DNA from: Eubacteriales bacterium
GTDB lineage: Bacteria > Bacillota > Clostridia > Oscillospirales > CAG-272
Assembly (NCBI GenBank): GCA_045656385.1
Contig: JAZORB010000077.1
Coordinates: forward strand, 1-48,366
Reading direction: 5' to 3'
Length of the DNA: 48,366 bases
In this document: positions 33,812 through 40,742 of the stretch, piece by piece
How positions within the stretch are numbered: the stretch's first letter is position 1
Layout: the number at the start of each line of letters is the position of its first letter
The notes under the pieces: model-generated
The model's database searches: none
Seen by the model: only the letters and a program-made list of their open reading frames with translations
Told to the model about the DNA's origin: nothing
Made by a program: the position numbers and the translations under genes

Positions 33812-35269
33812 ATGAATCGTAGAATGGTTTTTTATACCGTCGGGTATGTTGCTTTGGCAGAAACGGCATTGCTTTTGCTCCCCGCACTCGTTGCGCTGAT
33901 ATATCTTGAGAAAAGCGGTTTGACTTTCTTGATTTCTGCCGCGATCTCATTTGCAATAGGTTTTACCCTCATCAAATGCTTCCGCCCGAAAAGCAAGCTC
34001 ATATATGCAAAAGAAGGCTTTGCTATCGTTGCTTACACCTGGTTGCTTATGTCTGCTATCGGTGCTCTTCCCTTCAGGATGAGCGGGCAGATCCCTTCGT
34101 ATGTCGATGCTTTCTTTGAAACCGTCAGCGGTTTTACCACCACGGGCGCGTCGATCCTCCCCGACGTTGAGGCGCTGGATCACTGCATGCTCTTCTGGCG
34201 CAGCTTTACGCATTGGATCGGAGGAATGGGAATCATCGTGCTTGTAACCGCGGTGCTTCCGAACATTGCGGACAGATCGCTAAACGTTCTGAAAGCCGAG
34301 ATGCCCGGTCCCACCGTCGGTAAGCTCGTGCCCCGCTCGCGCGACACGGCAAAGATACTTTATTGGATCTATTTCGGCATGACCGCTTTGCTCTTTGTCC
34401 TTCTAATCGCGGGAGGTATGCCTGTATTTGACAGTCTTCTTCACGCCTTAGGCACAGCGGGAACGGGCGGCTTCGGCATCAAAGCGGACAGCCTTGCATC
34501 ATATTCGCCTTATTTGCAATGGGTAATAACCGTGTTTATGTTTATCTTTGCGATAAACTTCAACCTCTATTACCTCATGCTCATCCGCAAATTCCGCGCG
34601 GCATTCGGAAGTGACGAATTTTGGTTCTTCACCGCTCTCGTCCTTTTCTGCATCGCGGGTATAACGGTAAATATCATACCTCTTTATCCCACGTTTTCCG
34701 AGGCGCTTCGCCATTCGGCATTTCAGGCAATATCCATCGTATCGACATCGGGATTTGCCACAACAGATTTCAACCTTTGGCCGAATTTTGCAAAATCGCT
34801 TTTGCTGCTTCTGATGGTAGTCGGAGGCTGCGCGGGATCGACGGCGGGCGGATTCAAGGCAGTTCGTGTCGTTATCCTTTTGAAATCGGTTCGCAGAGAG
34901 CTCAAAAAGCTGCTTCATCCACGCTCGGTAAAGGCTGTTATGTCGGAGGGCAAACGGCTCGACGACACGACTCTCACGGGAGTGACCTCATATTTTGCGG
35001 CATATATCTTCTGCATAATCTTGATTTATATTCTCATATCCTTCGAGCCCTTTGATTTTGAGACTAATTTCACAGCCACTCTCACCTGCTTCAATAACGT
35101 GGGTCCCGGATTCGGCGGAGTCGGTCCCGCATCAAATTTCTCGGGATATTCGGATATTTCAACGCTGATTCTCTCCTTTGCAATGTTGCTTGGAAGACTT
35201 GAGGTATTCCCGCTGTTGCTCGGGCTCAATCCCCTCATTTGGAAAAAAAGCAAATCAAAAACGGTATGA
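33812..35269 (+). CDS. trkH: TrkH/KtrB-family potassium transporter
   Basis: 485 aa and multi-pass. Selectivity-filter-like repeats are SGFTTTGAS, GTAGTGGF, STSGFAT and NNVGPGFG. Confidence 0.9.
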   Translation: MNRRMVFYTVGYVALAETALLLLPALVALIYLEKSGLTFLISAAISFAIGFTLIKCFRPKSKLIYAKEGFAIVAYTWLLMSAIGALPFRMSGQIPSYVDAFFETVSGFTTTGASILPDVEALDHCMLFWRSFTHWIGGMGIIVLVTAVLPNIADRSLNVLKAEMPGPTVGKLVPRSRDTAKILYWIYFGMTALLFVLLIAGGMPVFDSLLHALGTAGTGGFGIKADSLASYSPYLQWVITVFMFIFAINFNLYYLMLIRKFRAAFGSDEFWFFTALVLFCIAGITVNIIPLYPTFSEALRHSAFQAISIVSTSGFATTDFNLWPNFAKSLLLLLMVVGGCAGSTAGGFKAVRVVILLKSVRRELKKLLHPRSVKAVMSEGKRLDDTTLTGVTSYFAAYIFCIILIYILISFEPFDFETNFTATLTCFNNVGPGFGGVGPASNFSGYSDISTLILSFAMLLGRLEVFPLLLGLNPLIWKKSKSKTV

Positions 35270-36051
35270 TCATGACTAATGAAAGAATCTGGCAGATTGC
35301 TCTGCAACAATCGGCATACGACTGCAACTGCTCCCCCGAAGATTTTCTGAGGGAAGAACACATTGTAACGCTTTCGCAAAAGCACCCGAGGGCACGGAAA
35401 TATCTGCCCCTCCCATTTGAATGCGATCTCGTTTCCTACGGCAACAACGTTGTGGCGCAGACGAGCGAGAGGCTCACCGAGGTCGTTCGCGAGTATATAA
35501 GCAAATATATCGTCGCGCACTCATTTGAAACGCCGAACGTTCACGTGCTTGACGAAATGCTTCTTCCATATCACCTCAAAGTTTGCTTCACTGCGGTCTA
35601 TTATCTGCCCGATATTGATAAGATCCGCGAGCTTCCCTGCCCCTACGAGATGCGTGTTCTGCATCAAGAGGATTTTGCAGATCTCTATCTTCCCGAATGG
35701 AGCAATGCACTTTGCGAGAAGCGAAAAGAGCTTGACGTTCTCGGAGTGGGAGCTTATGACAACGGCAAGCTCATCGGTCTTGCGGGATGCTCGGCTGACT
35801 GCGAGGATATGTATCAGATCGGCATCGACGTTCTTCCCGAATACCGCAGGCGGGGCATCGCCTCGGCACTTACAAGCCGTCTTGCACTCGAAGTGCTCAA
35901 ACTCGACAAGGTACCCTTTTATTGCACCGCGTGGTGCAATCTCAAATCCGCGCGTAACGCGATCAAATGCGGCTTTTCGCCGGCATGGGTCGAGCTCACC
36001 GCGCGCGATATAGATTTTGTAAATGAATTCAACAGAGGATTAAAATTATAA
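35266..36051 (+). CDS. GNAT-family N-acetyltransferase with an N-terminal domain of unknown function
   Basis: The C-terminal GNAT motif is QIGIDVLPEYRRRGIASALTSRL. The start is uncertain. ATG 35266 overlaps the trkH stop as ATGA, ATG 35272 is an alternative, and the track start is a TTG. Confidence 0.65.
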   Translation: MIMTNERIWQIALQQSAYDCNCSPEDFLREEHIVTLSQKHPRARKYLPLPFECDLVSYGNNVVAQTSERLTEVVREYISKYIVAHSFETPNVHVLDEMLLPYHLKVCFTAVYYLPDIDKIRELPCPYEMRVLHQEDFADLYLPEWSNALCEKRKELDVLGVGAYDNGKLIGLAGCSADCEDMYQIGIDVLPEYRRRGIASALTSRLALEVLKLDKVPFYCTAWCNLKSARNAIKCGFSPAWVELTARDIDFVNEFNRGLKL

Positions 36052-36060
36052 AGGAGATTT

Positions 36061-37137
36061 ATGATCATGAAAAAACTTAATCTCGCAATCATCGGTCAAG
36101 GCAGAAGCGGTAAAAACATTCACGGAAAATACTACCGCAGCAAGGACAATCTTTATTACGACGTAAAATACGTCGTTGACGCGGACGAGTTCCGCCGCTC
36201 GGTAGCCGAGGAGATCTATCCCGGCTGCAAGACCTTTGCAGACTACCGCGAGCTTTTCGAGCTTGACGACATCGATCTCGTTGTCAACTCCACCTATTCC
36301 GAGATGCACTATCCGATCACGAAGGATCTTCTCCTTCACGGCTTCAACGTTCTTGTTGAAAAACCCTTTGCACGCTCGCGCTACGAATGCGACGAGCTTA
36401 TCAAGATCGCAAAAGACAAGGATCTGACTCTTGCGGTATTCCAGCAGACATTCCTTGCTCCTTTCTATCCCTTTGCTTACGAACTTGCAAAGTCGGGCAA
36501 GCTCGGCGAGATCAAGCAGATCAGCATTCGCTATAACAATTTCGCGCGCCGTTGGGACTGGCAGACTCTGCAGAAAAAGTGTGCGGGCGGTGTTTATAAT
36601 ACCGGTCCTCATCCCGTTGGCCTTGCGCTCGGCTTCCTTGATTTCGACGAAAACGCACGCGTCGTATACAGCAAGCTCGGCACAGCCCTGACTTTCGGCG
36701 ACTCGGACGATTTTGCAAAGATCATCATCGACACCCCCAACAAGCCTCTCGTTGATATCGAGGTCACCTCTATCGACGCCTTCTCGAATTATAACGTCAA
36801 GATCCTCGGCACGCGCGGATGCTTCAAGTGCACTCCCACGGCTTACAATATGACCTACATCGTTGATGGCGAAAACCCCGAGAAGCAGGTTTCCGAAACA
36901 TTCATAAAGAACGATGCGGGCGAACCCATCTACTGCTCCGAAAAGCTCGTTAAGCACGAGGAAGAAGGAAAATTTGAAGGCACCGCATTCGATGTCGGCA
37001 CCGCTTCGCTTTACGAACAGCTCTACTACAAGATCACCGAGGGCAAGCCGATGACAGTAACGCCCGAAATGGCGGCAGCTGTGGTTGGCGTTATCGAAAA
37101 GGTTCACGCAGATAATCCCCTGCCCCTCAAGTTTTAA
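36061..37137 (+). CDS. Gfo/Idh/MocA-family oxidoreductase
   Basis: The Rossmann motif is LNLAIIGQGRSG and the EKP motif is VLVEKPFA. 358 aa. Confidence 0.8.
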   Translation: MIMKKLNLAIIGQGRSGKNIHGKYYRSKDNLYYDVKYVVDADEFRRSVAEEIYPGCKTFADYRELFELDDIDLVVNSTYSEMHYPITKDLLLHGFNVLVEKPFARSRYECDELIKIAKDKDLTLAVFQQTFLAPFYPFAYELAKSGKLGEIKQISIRYNNFARRWDWQTLQKKCAGGVYNTGPHPVGLALGFLDFDENARVVYSKLGTALTFGDSDDFAKIIIDTPNKPLVDIEVTSIDAFSNYNVKILGTRGCFKCTPTAYNMTYIVDGENPEKQVSETFIKNDAGEPIYCSEKLVKHEEEGKFEGTAFDVGTASLYEQLYYKITEGKPMTVTPEMAAAVVGVIEKVHADNPLPLKF

Positions 37138-37148
37138 GGAGAATGACA

Positions 37149-38018
37149 ATGAAAAAGATAGCTATTCTCGGATGTGAAAACTCGCATGCAAATGCGTTTT
37201 TGAAGTTCATTAAGGAAAAGGAAGAATTTTCCGATATTGAATGCATCGGTGTTTACAGCGTTGACACCGCGGCTTCGGAAAAGCTTCGCGATACATTCGG
37301 CGTGCCGGTTCTTGAAAACTACGACTCGGCAGTCGGCAAGATCGACGGTCTTATCATCACCGCGCGCCACGGCGGAGATCACTATAAATTCGCCAAGCCC
37401 TATATCGAAAGCGGCATTCCTATGTTCATCGACAAGCCTATCACGGTTGCCGAGGACGAGGCGATTGAGTTTATGCGTGAGCTCAAGGCACGCGGAACAA
37501 GAATCTCGGGCGGATCGTCGCTCAAGCAGGACGTTTACGTTTGCGAGCTGAAAGCAGATGCGCTTGCAGAAGCAGGCGGCAAGACTCTCGGCGGTTTCGT
37601 CCGCGCGCCCTATCAGGCGGAGAACGCTTACGGCGGATTTTACTTCTACGCACAGCACCTTGTTGAAATGGTCTGCGAGATCTTCGGCAGATTCCCGAAA
37701 TCTGTAGAGGCAAAGAAGAACGGCAAAACGATAAACGTGCTTTTCCATTACGATAATTACGATTGCGTCGGACTTTTCTGCGACGGCTCATATCTCTACT
37801 ACGCCGCACGAATGGCGGAAAAGGCGTCAAAATCCTTCGAGATTCCCACAACTACCGATTGGTATTACCGCGAATTCAAGGAATTTGCCGAGATTCTCGA
37901 CGGCGGCGAGCAGACCTGCACTCACGAGGAATTCATCTCTCCCGTTTTCATCATGAACGCCATCATGCGCTCGCTTGAAAGCGGAAAAGAGGAAGTGCTT
38001 CCCGAAATCAAGGTATAA
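37149..38018 (+). CDS. Short Gfo/Idh/MocA-like oxidoreductase
   Basis: I place the start at ATG 37149, 6 nt after AAGGAGA. Motifs KIAILGCENSHA and MFIDKPIT are present. 289 aa. Confidence 0.7.
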   Translation: MKKIAILGCENSHANAFLKFIKEKEEFSDIECIGVYSVDTAASEKLRDTFGVPVLENYDSAVGKIDGLIITARHGGDHYKFAKPYIESGIPMFIDKPITVAEDEAIEFMRELKARGTRISGGSSLKQDVYVCELKADALAEAGGKTLGGFVRAPYQAENAYGGFYFYAQHLVEMVCEIFGRFPKSVEAKKNGKTINVLFHYDNYDCVGLFCDGSYLYYAARMAEKASKSFEIPTTTDWYYREFKEFAEILDGGEQTCTHEEFISPVFIMNAIMRSLESGKEEVLPEIKV

Positions 38019-38020
38019 TT

Positions 38021-38860
38021 ATGGCAAAGATCATACTTTCGGCATTTGCCGACGAATATGCGGATAGCTTCGAGGAACAGCTTCAAGGTTTGAGCAAGCT
38101 TGGAATATCTCACATTGAGATCCGCCACGTAAACAAGAAAAACATTTCGGTTCTGACAAAGACGGAAGTTCTTGAAGCAAAAGAACTCCTTGATAAATAC
38201 GGAATCAAGGTTTCCGCGATAGGCTCGCCTCTCGGCAAGATCAAGCTTGACGGCGATATTGACGGTCATATTGAAACAGCAAAGCGAGTTTTCGAATACG
38301 CAAATATGCTCGGCGCAAGATACGTGAGAATGTTCAGCTTCTACGCTCCCGACGGGCGCGACATAACCGAGATGAAAAACGAGGTCTTCTCTGCTCTCGG
38401 CAGACTTCTCGACGCTGCGCGCGAATACGGCGTCATCCTCTGCCACGAAAACGAGGCAAAGATCTACGGTGACATACCCGAGCGATGTCGCGAATTGCTT
38501 GATGCTTTCCCCGACCTTATGTGCGTTTACGATATGGGAAATTACGTCCTCGAAGGCGTCGATCCCTATCCCGAATCCTACCGTCTTCTCAAGGACCGAA
38601 TCGCATATTTCCACATCAAGGACGCCCTCGCGGCGGGCGCAATAGTGCCTCCCGGATGCGGCGAGGCGAAGATCGGCGAGATACTTGCGGAGCATAAAAA
38701 AGACGCGGGCGAAGACTTTTTCGTCTCCCTCGAACCGCATCTCGAGCTCTTCTCGGGACTCAACGCCCTCGTAGGCAGAGCTTTTGAGAATCCGTATAAA
38801 TATCCCGATGCAAAAACGGCTTTCGTTGATGCGGCAGAAAAACTGAAAAAGTTGATTTAA
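38021..38860 (+). CDS. Sugar phosphate isomerase/epimerase (xylose-isomerase-like TIM barrel)
   Basis: Metal-site-like motifs CHENE, YDMGN, FHIKD and SLEPH are present. 279 aa. Confidence 0.8.
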   Translation: MAKIILSAFADEYADSFEEQLQGLSKLGISHIEIRHVNKKNISVLTKTEVLEAKELLDKYGIKVSAIGSPLGKIKLDGDIDGHIETAKRVFEYANMLGARYVRMFSFYAPDGRDITEMKNEVFSALGRLLDAAREYGVILCHENEAKIYGDIPERCRELLDAFPDLMCVYDMGNYVLEGVDPYPESYRLLKDRIAYFHIKDALAAGAIVPPGCGEAKIGEILAEHKKDAGEDFFVSLEPHLELFSGLNALVGRAFENPYKYPDAKTAFVDAAEKLKKLI

Positions 38861-38864
38861 CGAA

Positions 38865-38894
38865 AAACACCACGGACAAAAATCCGTGGTGTTT
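38865..38894. terminator. Bidirectional terminator between convergent operons
   Basis: A 12-bp stem, aaacaccacgga pairing with tccgtggtgttt, has a 6-nt loop. T-runs follow on both strands. Confidence 0.8.
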
Positions 38895-38911
38895 GTTATT
38901 ATGAAAACGAA

Positions 38912-40054
38912 TTACATAAGCTTTCTGATAAGTCCCTTGATATCCTCAACCGAAGCAGCCTTGGGGTTGCCGGGAGCGCAGGCGTCTGCGTATGCGGACT
39001 CTGCGAGGAAGTCGAGGTCCTCTTCCTTGAGTGCCTCAAGCTTGGTGGGAATTCCGACGTCGATCGAAAGCTGGCGTACAGCGTCAACGGCTGCCTTGCG
39101 GTATGCTGCCTGATCCATTCCGGTGGTATCAACGCCCATAGCCTCTGCAACTGCCTTGAGCTTTTCACCGGTCTGATCTGCGTTGTACTCCATAACGATG
39201 GGGAGCATCATTGCGCATGCAACGCCGTGGGGAGTGTCATAAACTGCACCGAGAGTGTGCGCGATAGAGTGAGCAATTCCGAGACCTACGTTCGAGAATG
39301 CCATACCGGTCACGAACTGACCGAGAGCCATGCCCTCGCGTCCTTCGGGATCGTTGTTAACTGCGCCGCGGAGGCTCTTTGCGATAAGGCGGATAGCTTC
39401 GAGGTTGAGGCAGTCGGGAAGATCCCAAGCAGCCTTGGTGGTGTAACCCTCGATAGCGTGGGTGAGAGCGTCCATACCCGTCGAAGCGGTAAGACCCTTA
39501 GGCATTGTGGACATCATATCGGGGTCAACGACTGCGATGTCGGGAATGTCGTTAACGTCAACGCAAACAAACTTTCTCTTGCGCTCAACGTCGGTGATAA
39601 CGTAGTTAATGGTAGCCTCTGCCGCGGTGCCTGCTGTTGTGGGAACTGCGATGGTGTAAACGGTGCGGTTCTTGGTGGGAGCAACGCCCTCGAGAGAACG
39701 AACGTCAGCGAACTCGGGGTTATTGATGATGATACCGATAGCCTTTGCGGTGTCCATCGAGGAGCCGCCGCCGATTGCGATCATGTAGTCAGCGCCCGAA
39801 GCCTTATAAGCCTCAACGCCGTTCTTTACGTTTTCAATGGTGGGGTTCGGCTTTATATCGGAATAGATCGCGTAAGCCATTCCTTCCTTATCAAGAATAT
39901 CGGTCACCTTCTTGGTTACGCCGAACTTAATAAGATCGGGGTCGGAAGCGATGAAAGCTTTCTTGAAGCCTTTAGCGGCAACGATTGCGGGGATCTCGAG
40001 GATCGCGCCCTTGCCGTGATATGATATTGCGTTGGATACGAAACGATTTGCCAT
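38912..40054 (-). CDS. fucO: Lactaldehyde reductase / 1,2-propanediol oxidoreductase (iron-containing ADH)
   Basis: The start ATG 40054 follows GGAGGT. The protein aligns along its length with E. coli FucO as I recall it: MANR..., AIGGGSSMDTAKAIGIIINNPEFADVRSLEG, PTTAGTAAE.TINYVITD, DALTHAIEGY and TPHGVA. Confidence 0.8.
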   Translation of the reverse strand: MANRFVSNAISYHGKGAILEIPAIVAAKGFKKAFIASDPDLIKFGVTKKVTDILDKEGMAYAIYSDIKPNPTIENVKNGVEAYKASGADYMIAIGGGSSMDTAKAIGIIINNPEFADVRSLEGVAPTKNRTVYTIAVPTTAGTAAEATINYVITDVERKRKFVCVDVNDIPDIAVVDPDMMSTMPKGLTASTGMDALTHAIEGYTTKAAWDLPDCLNLEAIRLIAKSLRGAVNNDPEGREGMALGQFVTGMAFSNVGLGIAHSIAHTLGAVYDTPHGVACAMMLPIVMEYNADQTGEKLKAVAEAMGVDTTGMDQAAYRKAAVDAVRQLSIDVGIPTKLEALKEEDLDFLAESAYADACAPGNPKAASVEDIKGLIRKLM

Positions 40055-40115
40055 TTTAAGTACCTCCGGTAATATTTTACCTAATTTATCCGGGATCAAT
40101 TCTGCCCGTTAATTT

Positions 40116-40144
40116 ATTATACCTTATCGAAATAAAAATTTCAA
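40116..40144 (-). promoter_or_regulatory. Candidate fucO promoter
   Basis: On the minus strand, TTGAAA (40144-40139), a 17-nt spacer, then TATAAT (40121-40116). Confidence 0.5.
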
Positions 40145-40161
40145 TAGCGAAATAAAAATTT
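40128..40161. repeat. Two perfect 14-nt direct repeats, 20 nt apart, in the divergent fucO/PNPOx control region
   Basis: cgaaataaaaattt occurs at 40128-40141 and at 40148-40161. Copy 1 spans the spacer and -35 box of the fucO promoter. Confidence 0.6.
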
Positions 40162-40229
40162 TTCGTTTATATGGATTTTTTTCTTTTGTTATGGTATAAT
40201 TAGCTTAATAAATCGAAAGGTTCAAACAG

Positions 40230-40706
40230 ATGTTCAGAGAAATAGTAAGAAAAAAACAGGCCCTCACGCTTGATGAATGCAATGAGATATTGAAAAACGA
40301 GCCGCGCGGCGTGCTTTCCTTGATTGGTGATGACGGATACCCTTACGGCGTTCCGATCAATCACTATTACTGCGAAGAAAACGGTCATATCTACTTTCAC
40401 AGCGGCAAGTCGGGACACAAGGTCGATGCGATCAGGGCGTGTGACAAGGCATCCTTCTGCGTTTATGACGGAGGTTATCGAAACGAGGGCAAGTGGGCGC
40501 TCAATATCAAGAGTGTCATAGTTTTCGGAAAGGTTCGTGCTGTTGACGACTATGACAAAGCTATGGAAATCTGCCGCAGATTAAGCTATAAATTCACCAA
40601 TGACAGCAAGTATATTGAAAAAGAGATCGAGTCATTCGGCAAAAGCACTCTCTGTCTCGAGCTCATTCCCGAACATATCACGGGAAAGCGGATCAAAGAG
40701 TCTTAA
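40230..40706 (+). CDS. Pyridoxamine 5'-phosphate oxidase-family (FMN-binding split-barrel) protein
   Basis: 158 aa. Segments GVLSLIGDDGYPYGVPINHYY and IYFHSGKSGHK are typical of the Pyridox_ox_2/NimA-like family. An extended -10 TGgTATAAT lies at 40192-40200. Confidence 0.65.
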   Translation: MFREIVRKKQALTLDECNEILKNEPRGVLSLIGDDGYPYGVPINHYYCEENGHIYFHSGKSGHKVDAIRACDKASFCVYDGGYRNEGKWALNIKSVIVFGKVRAVDDYDKAMEICRRLSYKFTNDSKYIEKEIESFGKSTLCLELIPEHITGKRIKES

Positions 40707-40742
40707 TTGTATTTCAATATAAACATCATAAGGAGAAAAGAC

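Noticed and set aside
40128-40161. Direct repeats considered as a possible CRISPR array or minisatellite.
   Set aside because: There are only two copies of an AT-rich 14-mer, with a 6-nt gap between them and no cas genes. A regulatory site explains them better.
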